Shown in pieces: positions 9,643 to 18,739 of a stretch of 64,000 bases of DNA. The position numbers were made by a program, and so were the translations under genes. Source of the stretch: a virus. The stretch is from positions 29,512-93,511 of IMG/VR virus record IMGVR_UViG_3300035698_007281. One strand, given 5' to 3'. Numbering within the stretch: position 1 is the stretch's first letter; each line of letters starts with the position of its first letter. The notes beneath the pieces were generated by a model. It saw only the letters and a program-made list of their open reading frames with translations. It was not told where the DNA came from and ran no database searches.

Positions 9643-9882
9643 TTACTCCGACGCCTTCTCGTCCCGGATCTCCTGGGCGGCCTGGATCAACTTCCGGCCG
9701 ATCAGTTCAGCATCGTCCACCGACAGGGCCGAGACGGATTCGATGCTTCCGGCGGTCAGCGCCAACAACTGGACGGTGAGGCCTTCGCCGAGAACGTCGG
9801 CTTCGGTGTAGCGGGAAACCTCGATGGCGTCGGAGTCATCCAGGCCTAGTCTGATCAGGGTCTTTTTCGTTCGGGTCTTCAT
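9643..9882 (-). CDS. small early hypothetical protein
   Basis: Downstream of repeated promoter; C-terminal pattern resembles 9416-9604 (LSVDDAELIG vs YLDAAEAKALA). Confidence 0.6.
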   Translation of the reverse strand: MKTRTKKTLIRLGLDDSDAIEVSRYTEADVLGEGLTVQLLALTAGSIESVSALSVDDAELIGRKLIQAAQEIRDEKASE

Positions 9883-9931
9883 GGTCTCGGTTCCTTGGTT
9901 GGGGGTTCGTGTTGTTTGCTTCACTGAACAC

Positions 9932-9960
9932 AGTATCGGTCAGGCCCAACCATTTGTCAA
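9932..9960 (-). promoter_or_regulatory. early sigma70-type promoter, copy 1
   Basis: TTGACA-N17-GATACT with AT-rich UP element. Confidence 0.85.
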
Positions 9961-10343
9961 GAGGAAAAACAAAATAATTTCGAGGCCTCCAGAATGGAGT
10001 CGATCCGTTGGGCCAAGTAGGACCGGCCGTTTGGGAGAAGTTCTTCCCGGAGGATGGCCAGGGTCTCCGGGTCACCGTGGGCCATTCGGTCACAACGCTC
10101 CTTGGCCCAGGCGTCGGAGTCGGCGGCGATGACCAGGGCGTTGGCCTTGGACCGGTACTGGATCGCCTCGGCCAAGGAGGCCACGCTGGGGGCCTCTGGG
10201 GACTCTCCGTTGAGGGTGGCGGCCGCCTGGGCCATTTGGAGGACTTCGGCGATCTGGGGGCCGTTCAGGCCCAGTTCCTTGGCGGCGTGGGCCAGGAGTC
10301 TCTGGCCCATGATGTCGAGGTTGTCGGGGGTGATCATGTTCAC
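9957..10343 (-). CDS. early hypothetical protein
   Basis: ORF whose 3' end runs into promoter copy 1. Confidence 0.55.
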   Translation of the reverse strand: MNMITPDNLDIMGQRLLAHAAKELGLNGPQIAEVLQMAQAAATLNGESPEAPSVASLAEAIQYRSKANALVIAADSDAWAKERCDRMAHGDPETLAILREELLPNGRSYLAQRIDSILEASKLFCFSS

Positions 10344-10648
10344 ACCCCCCAGGCCGAGACGGCCCAGGACGAGTCCGCTTCCAGGTTCACGCCCATGGCC
10401 TTGATCTTCTCGACGGCGGCCTGGAGGTTGGCTTGGAGGGGGGTGGAGTAGTTACCCGACTCCCCGGCCAGGATCGAGGAACCGATGGTCACACACACGG
10501 CCCATTCGTAGATGCCTTCCCAGACCAGGATGGGGTGGTCGTATTCGGCCTCGGTGATCCTGGGTGGGTCTTCGTCCGGGAACAACTCGACTACGGCGTC
10601 CCGGAGGATGATGAGGGCTTTGATCTTCTTGACGTTGTCGGTGATCAT
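10340..10648 (-). CDS. early hypothetical protein
   Basis: AAAGGGA RBS, compact ORF. Confidence 0.6.
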   Translation of the reverse strand: MITDNVKKIKALIILRDAVVELFPDEDPPRITEAEYDHPILVWEGIYEWAVCVTIGSSILAGESGNYSTPLQANLQAAVEKIKAMGVNLEADSSWAVSAWGV

Positions 10649-10663
10649 GGTGTGTCCCTTTCG

Positions 10664-10900
10664 TTACCGGTAGGAGGGGTCGTCGTAGTACAGATCCGTG
10701 ATGTTGTTGCAGCGGTCCCAGGTGATCCCGTGGTTGGTGACCTGTCCGCCTCTGGCGAGGCCGCCCCGGCGGGGGGTCCATCCCTGGGCTTCCTTCAGTT
10801 CGATGTAGGCGTCCTTGGCGTCTACCATCGTGACCTCTTCCGGGCCGATGCCCTTGGCCTTCAGTTTCTCACAGACCATCGTGTTCGTGATGCGTTTCAT
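10664..10900 (-). CDS. early hypothetical protein
   Basis: AAGGGA RBS, compact ORF. Confidence 0.6.
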   Translation of the reverse strand: MKRITNTMVCEKLKAKGIGPEEVTMVDAKDAYIELKEAQGWTPRRGGLARGGQVTNHGITWDRCNNITDLYYDDPSYR

Positions 10901-10953
10901 GATTGTGTCCCTTCCCTCCCCCCCCCGGAGGGGGAGGGGTTGGTGGTGGTTGG

Positions 10954-11196
10954 TTAGGCGGCGATTGCCTTAGCAAGATATTTGAAGTAGTGCATCACGT
11001 TCCCGTTCATGTAGTCGATCTTGACGATGGTCGTCTTGATCTTCTTCTGTTCGTTGGCGGGGGCGCTGATCATGGCGTCGATCAGGATGGCGACCGGCAT
11101 GATGTTGAGGCCGGAGGGGCCTTCGATTTCCATCAGGGCCTCGGTGTCGATGTTCTTCTCGGCAACAAACGTTTTGATCCAGGTTTTGAAGTTCAT
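10954..11196 (-). CDS. early hypothetical protein
   Basis: MNFKTWIKTFVAEKNID..., downstream of promoter copy 2. Confidence 0.65.
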   Translation of the reverse strand: MNFKTWIKTFVAEKNIDTEALMEIEGPSGLNIMPVAILIDAMISAPANEQKKIKTTIVKIDYMNGNVMHYFKYLAKAIAA

Positions 11197-11253
11197 GGTG
11201 AGGCCTTTCGGTTGGGTGCTTTGCTTGGTTGTGTTCGTGTTGCTCATGTAGGT

Positions 11254-11282
11254 ATAGTACACCACACCCAACCTTTTGTCAA
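11254..11282 (-). promoter_or_regulatory. early promoter, copy 2
   Basis: TTGACA-N17-TACTAT with UP element. Confidence 0.8.
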
Positions 11283-11290
11283 GGGGAAAA

Positions 11291-11545
11291 TCAAAATAAT
11301 TTCGCGGCCCATTTATCGAGGATCGAGCGTAGGGCGATTGACTGGTCGGCCTCGACCGACAGGCCGAAGATGTGGCCGGTTCGGGCGACGTATTCGGTGG
11401 CGTCGGCCTGGAAAATCTGACCCCGGAACGCGAAGGCCAGGATCTCCCGATCCTCGACAATGGTGGCCACTGGATTTTTGATCTCGGACCTCAGGGCCTC
11501 GACGGCGTCGGCCCCTGCCTTCAGTAGTTGTTCGGTCAGGTTCAT
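11291..11545 (-). CDS. early hypothetical protein
   Basis: GGAGGAGA RBS; ends within the UP element of promoter copy 2. Confidence 0.6.
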   Translation of the reverse strand: MNLTEQLLKAGADAVEALRSEIKNPVATIVEDREILAFAFRGQIFQADATEYVARTGHIFGLSVEADQSIALRSILDKWAAKLF

Positions 11546-11594
11546 CGGAGGGTCTCCTCCCCGCCCCCCGGAGGGGGAGGGGTTGGCTTGGGGT

Positions 11595-11861
11595 TTAGGC
11601 GGTCAAGGCGGCCCTGGTCCTATCCTCGTAGGCCTGGACCTCCGAGTCCAGGAACTTCGGGTCGGCCTGTTCCACGGTGGCCCTGTAGATCGCGTAGGCT
11701 TCCTTGGCCAGGACTTCCAGTTCCTTGACCGTCTTCCGGCGGTAGTTGGTGGTGGTCTCGATGGCGGCAGCCTTGCCGACAACACCACATCTCGACATCT
11801 GGATCTGGGTGATGAGGTCTGTCTTCCGGCTTCTCTCGGCGATGTTGTTTCCAAATGCCAT
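11595..11861 (-). CDS. early hypothetical protein
   Basis: AAAGGGA RBS, downstream of promoter copy 3. Confidence 0.6.
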   Translation of the reverse strand: MAFGNNIAERSRKTDLITQIQMSRCGVVGKAAAIETTTNYRRKTVKELEVLAKEAYAIYRATVEQADPKFLDSEVQAYEDRTRAALTA

Positions 11862-11915
11862 GTCTGTCCCTTTCGTCTCGTGGTTACGTGTTCGGTTGTT
11901 TACTTCACTGAGAGT

Positions 11916-11944
11916 ATTATCGGCGAGGGTGGTTCGTTTGTCAA
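11916..11944 (-). promoter_or_regulatory. early promoter, copy 3
   Basis: TTGACA-N17-GATAAT. Confidence 0.85.
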
Positions 11945-11970
11945 GGATAAAATCAGAAAAACTTTCCGGC

Positions 11971-12234
11971 CTAGAACTCCAAGGCCTGGAGGCCCAGTTC
12001 GTCGGCCGACATCCCGACGGTATCGAGTTGCGGCTTCCCGCCCCAGTACACGTCCGACATCTGGCCACGGCCCTGGGCCATCCGGACGATCACGTCGGTG
12101 ACCTGGACGGTGGGATCCTCGTTGAACTTCGAGGAGGACAGGTAACGGATCAAGTCGTCGTGATTCTCGCGGTTGGCTTCCAACATCTCAGTGAGGCGGA
12201 CGACCTGGGCTTCCAGTTTCTTGATGTGGTTCAT
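11971..12234 (-). CDS. early hypothetical protein
   Basis: MNHIKKLEAQVV..., behind a long structured leader. Confidence 0.6.
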   Translation of the reverse strand: MNHIKKLEAQVVRLTEMLEANRENHDDLIRYLSSSKFNEDPTVQVTDVIVRMAQGRGQMSDVYWGGKPQLDTVGMSADELGLQALEF

Positions 12235-12394
12235 GGTGAGGCCTTTCCGGTTGGGGTTGGTTTCGGTTGTCATCGACGAGCGGTGATATTGTCCCGTGTC
12301 GGGTCTTGTCCGGCGGGCCGCCTGGGCGGTTCTTATCACTATCCGTTTGGACCGGCGCGACGTTGTTATCGCGTCACCTTCGCCGATGGTTTGT

Positions 12395-12524
12395 GACACA
12401 CCGCCGGGCGTCTCTCTGAGACTACCTCTGCCTTTCGCGGACAGAACTCCGGATGGGTGAGAACCTGGGTCTTCTCGGCTGTCTACTGGCCTTGCCCTTG
12501 CGGTCACCTTCCCGGCGGTGTGTC
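12395..12524 (-). ncRNA. putative structured RNA in early leader (copy A)
   Basis: 14-bp perfect inverted repeat (12395-12408/12511-12524) enclosing several hairpins, just downstream of promoter copy 4. Confidence 0.5.
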
Positions 12525-12559
12525 GTATTCGGTTGTCAATACGTCATTCATCTACAAAC

Positions 12560-12588
12560 ATTATCGGCCAAGGTGGATCATTTGTCAA
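12560..12588 (-). promoter_or_regulatory. early promoter, copy 4
   Basis: TTGACA-N17-GATAAT. Confidence 0.85.
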
Positions 12589-12670
12589 GAGGAAAATAAG
12601 AAAAACTTCGGCCCATAGAAAAGGCCCCCCGGTTGGCGGCCGGAAGGCCTGGGGCGCTGAGTTGGTTTTC

Positions 12671-13060
12671 TCAATCGTCCGAGATCTCCAGGGTGAGTTG
12701 GAGTTCGTCCAGGAGGGCCTGGGTCAGGGGGTCGAGGAACGCCCCGTTGAGATCTTCGGCGGCCATGGCGGACTCCAAACCATCGTTGGACGGGACCCCG
12801 TTGTATCGGTAGTGGACGCCCTCGGGGAGATCCTGTTCCCCGTCGGTCGGCCAGTCGTCGAAGTCGGTTGGGTCGGCGTCGTGCATGATCTCGTCAATCA
12901 CGCACTCGTAGGCCTCCTCCCAGGTCGAGGCCCGGACGATCCCCAGGACCCCCAGGGGTTCCCGGTAGATCCACAGGGGGCCGAACCCCGCGTCCCAGAT
13001 CCGGATGGGGGAACCGAAGCGCGTCTTCGCTCCGCTGAGACTCTGGTCGTCGGCGATCAC
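12671..13060 (-). CDS. acidic hypothetical protein
   Basis: GGAGG RBS, GTGA coupling to upstream gene. Confidence 0.6.
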   Translation of the reverse strand: MIADDQSLSGAKTRFGSPIRIWDAGFGPLWIYREPLGVLGIVRASTWEEAYECVIDEIMHDADPTDFDDWPTDGEQDLPEGVHYRYNGVPSNDGLESAMAAEDLNGAFLDPLTQALLDELQLTLEISDD

Positions 13061-13332
13061 TTGGACACCTCCTCGGCGCGTTCGGCCTGGGAGTCGTACA
13101 CGGCCACGTCACCCAGGAACATCCGGGCGGTCGAGATGAAGAACCACGACATCCCGATGGTCTCGATCACGTCCCAGGTGGTCAACCACTCGGGGACACA
13201 ATCAGCGATGGCGGCGATGACCATGATGACCAGGGCCAGGACACCGATCCCGCCCAGGACTCCGGCGATCATACCCATGATCATCCGGTCGTTCCGGCTT
13301 TCCTTGTTGATGCTGATCTCGATTCGCTTCAT
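13057..13332 (-). CDS. membrane protein
   Basis: Two hydrophobic segments. Confidence 0.55.
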   Translation of the reverse strand: MKRIEISINKESRNDRMIMGMIAGVLGGIGVLALVIMVIAAIADCVPEWLTTWDVIETIGMSWFFISTARMFLGDVAVYDSQAERAEEVSK

Positions 13333-13354
13333 GCTGCACGTCCCTTTCCGGGGG

Positions 13355-13525
13355 TTAGATATTCGAGTCGGCCAGGATGGCCTTCTCTTCGGTGGTGAGG
13401 GCGAGGTCCAGGTCGCGGCCCTTGCACTCGGGGCAACCGTTGATCCGTGCGTTCTGGACGGCCTTCAGGTTCTGGAAGGTTCGGCCACAGGCCAGGCATT
13501 CGTAGCGGGCGGTCTTTTGAGTCAT
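13355..13525 (-). CDS. small zinc-ribbon protein
   Basis: CLAC...CPEC. Confidence 0.6.
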   Translation of the reverse strand: MTQKTARYECLACGRTFQNLKAVQNARINGCPECKGRDLDLALTTEEKAILADSNI

Positions 13526-13615
13526 GATTTTTTCCTTGGAAAATCTTTGTGCGACACTTGGTTCGTGCGACAATTCCCCGCCCCCCTCCAAGGAGGGCGG
13601 GGTCCGGCGGTTGAT

Positions 13616-14077
13616 TCAACCGTTGGCCAGATCCTCCAGGGAGGTCAGGGTCGTCCGGCGGTAGCCACAGGCCTCCATGGATCGGGCGGTCCGTTCGGCC
13701 TCTTCCAGGCCCTGGCGGGTGACGGCGGCTTCGGGAGCGCCCTGGTCGTGGTCGGCCCCACAGACGATGTAGGCGTCCTTGACGGCCACGGCCCGGCCGC
13801 CGAAGACCAGGAGGGCCACGAGGCGGTCCAGGTCTTCGATGTGGCGGCCGGGCGGGGCGATGGCGAACCGGGCGAGAACCTTACCCGGCCCGGCGGACAT
13901 TCGGACCCGAACCTCGAACATCACGCCGGTGTTCCGGATCTCGTGGAGATCTGAGTAACCGGTCCCATTGTCATCGGGGCGGATGATGCTGATGTCGGTG
14001 GAGGCCTTGGCGACGGCGGCCAGGAGGGTGTTCCAGGCGGTGGCTTTGATGGTCTGGATCATTTCTTCGGTGGTCAT
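13616..14077 (-). CDS. early hypothetical protein
   Basis: AAGGGA RBS, MTTEEMIQ start. Confidence 0.6.
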   Translation of the reverse strand: MTTEEMIQTIKATAWNTLLAAVAKASTDISIIRPDDNGTGYSDLHEIRNTGVMFEVRVRMSAGPGKVLARFAIAPPGRHIEDLDRLVALLVFGGRAVAVKDAYIVCGADHDQGAPEAAVTRQGLEEAERTARSMEACGYRRTTLTSLEDLANG

Positions 14078-14088
14078 GGTCTTGTCCC

Positions 14089-14244
14089 TTAGGCGGCCTT
14101 GTGGGCCTTGTACCAGATCGCGGCGAGTTCTCGGATGCCCGTGCATCCGGGAAGATTCGTGCTTTGGTTCTCTCGGAGAAACTTGTAGAGGTCGGCTTCG
14201 TGCCTTGCCTTGCTCGTCATCGCTTTGTTCTGTTCGTTGCTCAT
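14089..14244 (-). CDS. 51-aa early hypothetical protein (possibly leaderless)
   Basis: ATG 6 nt after the -10 box of promoter copy 5. Confidence 0.45.
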   Translation of the reverse strand: MSNEQNKAMTSKARHEADLYKFLRENQSTNLPGCTGIRELAAIWYKAHKAA

Positions 14245-14250
14245 GTATGT

Positions 14251-14279
14251 ATAATACGCTCGCCACAAACAAAAGTCAA
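14251..14279 (-). promoter_or_regulatory. early promoter, copy 5
   Basis: TTGACT-N17-TATTAT. Confidence 0.8.
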
Positions 14280-14349
14280 CAAGAAAATCAGAAAAACTTT
14301 CCGGGCGAAAAATCCCCCTCCCCGGAGGGAGGAGGATCCCGGCGGCTTC

Positions 14350-14769
14350 TTACGGCCCGGCCGGTCCGGCGCGGTAACCGGCGGCCTTGATCCGAAGGTA
14401 GTTCCGGCCGGTCCGTTCCATGATGGCGGGGACGGTGGCGGTGAAGTGGATGATCGCGGCCTTGACCCGGTCGAAGTCTCTGGTTCGGATGATGGCGTCG
14501 ATGGGATTCCGCCAGTCGATCTTGTTCTCGACCATCTCGAAGGCGGCGGTCAGTTGGACCTGGGTGTACTCTCGGAGGGAGGCCTTGATCTCCTTGGAGG
14601 TCATCGGGAGATCCCGGTCATCGGCCGAGAGGTCACGGGCCATCACACTGAACGTTCCGAAGACGGTCTGGACTCTGGCGAGTCTGGGCGACACCATCTC
14701 GATGATCCGGCCGAAGGCTTCTTGGTTGTACGTGGCGAGGAAGAATTTCACTCGGCCGTTGATCTTCAT
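14350..14769 (-). CDS. early hypothetical protein
   Basis: DWRNPIDA...AIIHFTATVP...AAGYRAGP. Confidence 0.65.
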   Translation of the reverse strand: MKINGRVKFFLATYNQEAFGRIIEMVSPRLARVQTVFGTFSVMARDLSADDRDLPMTSKEIKASLREYTQVQLTAAFEMVENKIDWRNPIDAIIRTRDFDRVKAAIIHFTATVPAIMERTGRNYLRIKAAGYRAGPAGP

Positions 14770-14821
14770 GGTCTGGTTCCTTGTTGAGGTTCCGCGTTCG
14801 GGTTTGTGCTTCACTGAGAGT

Positions 14822-14850
14822 ATTATCGGCGAGGGCGGATCATTTGTCAA
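14822..14850 (-). promoter_or_regulatory. early promoter, copy 6
   Basis: TTGACA-N17-GATAAT. Confidence 0.85.
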
Positions 14851-14882
14851 GGGGAAAATCAGAAAAACTTTCGGGCCTGTTT

Positions 14883-15059
14883 TTACATGGTCCCGATGAA
14901 GTAGCCGTCCTCGTCGAACACCTCGATGGTGGCGGTCTTCCCGGAGGGCGACCCCTTGACGCGGTAGTCCCAGTCCGGGTCCTCGATGTTCAGGCACTCA
15001 CCGTGGTTCTCGGCCTTGGCGGTGGGGAAGACGGTGGGGGGTTCTTCATTGAGTTTCAT
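14883..15059 (-). CDS. 58-aa early hypothetical protein
   Basis: AAGGAACCAAGGCCATG start; ends IEVFDEDGYFIGTM. Confidence 0.55.
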   Translation of the reverse strand: MKLNEEPPTVFPTAKAENHGECLNIEDPDWDYRVKGSPSGKTATIEVFDEDGYFIGTM

Positions 15060-15082
15060 GGCCTTGGTTCCTTATCTAGGGG

Positions 15083-15445
15083 TTACAGGTTCTCTACGTG
15101 GGTGATGAACTCCTCGGCCGTGTCGAGGCCGAAGTGATTGTTGACCGTCCAGATGTGGAGGCGCTTCACGAAGTCTACCACCTTGGCCCGGTCGTGACTG
15201 GCCAGGAACTTCTGGACCTTGCCAACCAAGTCCACCTTCGTCTTGGTGATGGCCAGGGCAACCTTGGCGGCCGGGCGAAGGGCCTTGGCCACGCACTCGG
15301 ACCCCAGGACTCTCTGGGCGTTGGTGTCAAGGTTCTCGACGTGGTGATGCCAACGGATCTTGGTCCCACAGGCATCACAGAAACCCTGGCCGCCGTCTTC
15401 TACGCCAAGGAGTCGTTCGTTTGTCTTGGTCTCGTTAGTGTTCAT
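15083..15445 (-). CDS. early hypothetical protein with CxxC...C motif
   Basis: CDACGTKIRWHHHV...LGSECV. Confidence 0.65.
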   Translation of the reverse strand: MNTNETKTNERLLGVEDGGQGFCDACGTKIRWHHHVENLDTNAQRVLGSECVAKALRPAAKVALAITKTKVDLVGKVQKFLASHDRAKVVDFVKRLHIWTVNNHFGLDTAEEFITHVENL

Positions 15446-15486
15446 GGCCTTGGTTCCTTGTTGGGGGTTCGTGCTTCACTGAAAGC

Positions 15487-15515
15487 ATTATCGGCCAGGG
15501 GTAACCATTTGTCAA
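15487..15515 (-). promoter_or_regulatory. early promoter, copy 7
   Basis: TTGACA-N17-GATAAT. Confidence 0.85.
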
Positions 15516-15574
15516 GAGGAAAACCAGAAAAACTTTCCGAGAAAGAAATGATGGGACACTTGGTATTGTGGGCG

Positions 15575-16330
15575 CTACCCTCCGAACATCCTCTTGATAC
15601 GCTGGGGGATGTAATCGGTCCAGAGAACGTCGAGGATCAACTTGGACGGTGAAACCCAACCACCATCCCCCCAACGTTCCTCGACCTCGTCCAACATGAA
15701 CTTGATCAACTGGTCCTCAGAGTAGTTGGTCCTCTCGGCACGGAGGGTGATCCAATCACCGGCCCCGGCGAAGGCCGAGTACTGGGAACCTGTTTCTTTG
15801 AGGTTGTACCTCTTCCGGCCCAGGAATCTTTTGGCGTATGAGTCAGCGATGTGTTGGGTGAGTTTCGGGTTGGGGTCGTTGAATTTTGGTTTGCCCCACC
15901 AGGGAATGACTTTTGGATTCTGGTGCAACTTACGAAGGCGTCTGATGAACCCGATCAGGTTCTTGTAGGCGTTGTTCCTTCCTTGGAACAAATGGAGGCC
16001 AGCATCACACGCCTCGAAGTATTTGGCCATGGCGGCCTTGATTGCCCCCACGCCCATCTCTTCCACGATTTTGGCCAAGAGGTTTTTCTGTTCGATGATC
16101 TCGTCATCGGAGACCCTGTTGTTCTTGGGATCCTGGATTGATTCGACCAGGATGAAGTCGGACTTGTTCCAGGCATCAACCACGACCTCGACTCGTTTGG
16201 GGATGTCCATGTTTGAGACCTCCCTCTCTCGTTTCGTTTCCCCTGGGTGGAGGATCGTGACGGTTAGAGGTTCGCCTTGGACAAATCGTTGGTGTTGTTC
16301 CTTGGACAGTTTCACTGTGAGGTTGGCCAT
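15575..16330 (-). CDS. hypothetical protein
   Basis: GGAG RBS, 251-aa ORF at the strand-switch point. Confidence 0.55.
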   Translation of the reverse strand: MANLTVKLSKEQHQRFVQGEPLTVTILHPGETKREREVSNMDIPKRVEVVVDAWNKSDFILVESIQDPKNNRVSDDEIIEQKNLLAKIVEEMGVGAIKAAMAKYFEACDAGLHLFQGRNNAYKNLIGFIRRLRKLHQNPKVIPWWGKPKFNDPNPKLTQHIADSYAKRFLGRKRYNLKETGSQYSAFAGAGDWITLRAERTNYSEDQLIKFMLDEVEERWGDGGWVSPSKLILDVLWTDYIPQRIKRMFGG

Positions 16331-16667
16331 TCTGTTCTCCGTTCTTCTTGGCCCAGTATAGCGACCGGGGTTGATATTCGGCGCGCAACTACTAACGCTC
16401 GTCGGGGGCTTGCGCCCCCTTCTCACGCTGGGTGTCGTTTTTTGATTCTCGTGGGTTCTCTCCCCCTAAAGGGGGAGAGAACTAAGGGGGTTAAGGGCCT
16501 CAGTTTGGTAAGGGTGTGGAGATCCTCTGAATAATCAGAACCCACGAAAAAATTGGATTGAGAAAAATTACATACCCCTTGATGAGATTCTCTGAGGAAA
16601 CTTTGAGGGGACCCTGACCCTGGTCGGTATAGTGTGCTGGCACCCAAACCGAAGGAGATCCACCAAC

Positions 16668-17672
16668 ATGACCAAGAAGAAGTCCAAGACAACGGCGGAT
16701 TCAATGACCCCCACCGATGTGGCCGACATGGCCGACATCAAGAAGCAGTACTCGAAGGATTGCGGCCTGTTCGGTGAGGATCCGGACATGACCGTCGCTG
16801 AGTGTAAGGGGTGCAAGGTCGAGGACCACGTCATGTGGGTCCTCTGCCAGAAGTCCCACGCCCTCAAGAAGGGTGAGGCCCCTGAGGCCCCCCAGGAGGC
16901 ACCGGAACCCCCGGCCGCCCCTGAGGTCGTTGAGAAGGTCGAAGACGCCCCTGAGGCCGTCCAGGCCGTCGAGGAGATCCCCGAGGGGGTCACTCCTCCG
17001 GTCGATGAGATCCCTGAGAACCAGTGGCGCAATAGGACCACCGGGGAAATTATCTTCTTCCCTGAGAATGTGGCGGTTAACGTGGATAATTGGGAGAGGA
17101 TCGAAGGCGCCCTTGAGGAGGCCGAGGTGGACCAGACCGATGGCGGGGACCAGATGTCCGATCAGGAAATGCGGCTCAACCAAAACAACGCCATCAGTGG
17201 GAGTGGTGGGACTCCGGCCGAGGATGATCCAGGTACTGCCGTCGCGGCCGCCGAGGATGCCCCGTCCAGTGAGTCCCACCCCACCGATGGCGTGGCCAGT
17301 GCCGATGACAAGACCGAGGCGGTCTCGGAGATCCCGGACGCCGGGACGGGTGACCGAGGAGAGGACGCCCCCGACGAGGCCGCCTCGCCCCCCCGGCCCA
17401 AGAAGCTGAAGCCCAAGAAGCCCAGGCCCGCCGGGAAGGAAACTCTCCGGGGGATGGTGGCCGATATCATCTACGCCCTGGGTGACGGCCTCCACACGGC
17501 CCAGGAGGTCACCAAACGTACCATGGAGGCCTATGGGGACAAGATCGCCTCCAGGGCCTCCCTGGAGAAAACGGTGGGGTACGGTATCGGGTTCGGGAAG
17601 GCGTTCGGGATCCTCATCCCCGAGGGCCGGATCACGTTCCGTCTGAAGGTCGGCATCAGCCGGGAAGGGTAG
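16668..17672 (+). CDS. acidic low-complexity protein with Cys-rich N-terminus and possible C-terminal wHTH
   Basis: AAGGAG RBS; E/P/A-rich linker. Confidence 0.6.
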   Translation: MTKKKSKTTADSMTPTDVADMADIKKQYSKDCGLFGEDPDMTVAECKGCKVEDHVMWVLCQKSHALKKGEAPEAPQEAPEPPAAPEVVEKVEDAPEAVQAVEEIPEGVTPPVDEIPENQWRNRTTGEIIFFPENVAVNVDNWERIEGALEEAEVDQTDGGDQMSDQEMRLNQNNAISGSGGTPAEDDPGTAVAAAEDAPSSESHPTDGVASADDKTEAVSEIPDAGTGDRGEDAPDEAASPPRPKKLKPKKPRPAGKETLRGMVADIIYALGDGLHTAQEVTKRTMEAYGDKIASRASLEKTVGYGIGFGKAFGILIPEGRITFRLKVGISREG

Positions 17673-17675
17673 ATC

Positions 17676-18260
17676 ATGCGTTGTATCATCGGAGCGTTCG
17701 GCAACAAGGACATTCTCAACCTCGGTTGGTTCCTGGGTATGCTCGACCGGGTCAAGGCCGAGGGGTTGGTGGGCCAGTATCGGCGCTATGCCATGACGCC
17801 GTACTGTACCGTCTTGGGTGTGTTCGAGACCAAGTTGAAAGGGCGACAACCTCCCACGGCCGAGGCCGGTGTGGTGGCCGCTGGTAGTTTCACCAATGCC
17901 GAGTCCCTGGGTCTCCGTGGAGGAGAGCGCCCGCTGGATCTTCTCTCCCGTTTCATGGGCCGGACAACTATCGATGATGTGGCGTTGTCGTGCCGCCTGA
18001 TCGAGACCACGCCGGTTGAGGGGGTGGCCTTGGTAGTCGTTGGGAATGAACCCGAGAACCCGAGAACCTTCCTCGTCAGAACGTCGAGCGACCCCTCTAT
18101 GTTTTTCTGGCGACATGCCCCGAGTGGGTCGATTTACTTCGCCTCTCGGAACGAGCATATTCAACCGTGCGTGTCTTGGGGAACGGCCCCAGTTGAACTA
18201 CAACCCGACCACGTCCTGGATCTCAGAACGGGTGGGGTCGCCACAATCACAGGAGTGTAG
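17676..18260 (+). CDS. degenerate class II (Ntn) glutamine amidotransferase-like protein
   Basis: RCIIGAFG N-terminus, GSFTNAESL, IYFASRNE resemble GATase-II motifs. Confidence 0.45.
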   Translation: MRCIIGAFGNKDILNLGWFLGMLDRVKAEGLVGQYRRYAMTPYCTVLGVFETKLKGRQPPTAEAGVVAAGSFTNAESLGLRGGERPLDLLSRFMGRTTIDDVALSCRLIETTPVEGVALVVVGNEPENPRTFLVRTSSDPSMFFWRHAPSGSIYFASRNEHIQPCVSWGTAPVELQPDHVLDLRTGGVATITGV

Positions 18261-18263
18261 AAC

Positions 18264-18695
18264 ATGGCCTCATCGTCTGTCACCAAGTCGTTCGTGATGA
18301 ATTTCATTCACCGCCTATTGTCGTCCGGTTTTACCGATCCGGAACGGATACTCCACGGGCACACCGCCGAGGTGGAGATCACTTTCACTGGCCGTTTGCA
18401 GGCCGGGCGTGTCGTGGGTGATGAAGACGTGGGGGAACTTATAAATCCGATTATGGAGGGTTTGAAGAACATCACGATTTTGAATGGTACGGCGGATCAG
18501 GATCTCATCACCAACTTGGTCAAAATCGCTACCGTCCAGATGTTCTCGTTCGATGGAGAACCAACCCCCTGTAATATCGCCGCCGAGATCGGGGCGGTCC
18601 TCAACCGGGTCTCGAAGACTGGGTCCCGTTCGTGGGCCGTGTCGAATGTCACGCTCTGGATCGAGGAAGAGATGTTTTCTTGGGATGTTGGGTAG
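18264..18695 (+). CDS. degenerate QueD/6-pyruvoyl-tetrahydropterin synthase-like protein
   Basis: FIHRL...LHGHTAEVEITF...EPTPCNIA. Confidence 0.65.
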   Translation: MASSSVTKSFVMNFIHRLLSSGFTDPERILHGHTAEVEITFTGRLQAGRVVGDEDVGELINPIMEGLKNITILNGTADQDLITNLVKIATVQMFSFDGEPTPCNIAAEIGAVLNRVSKTGSRSWAVSNVTLWIEEEMFSWDVG

Positions 18696-18739
18696 GCCCC
18701 TGGCCCGCCCGCTATACTGAACCACAAGGAGATTTACCG

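Noticed and set aside
9900-15540. CRISPR array or integron attC sites
   Set aside because: Repeats are degenerate promoters separated by whole genes; no cas or integrase gene, and no regular spacers
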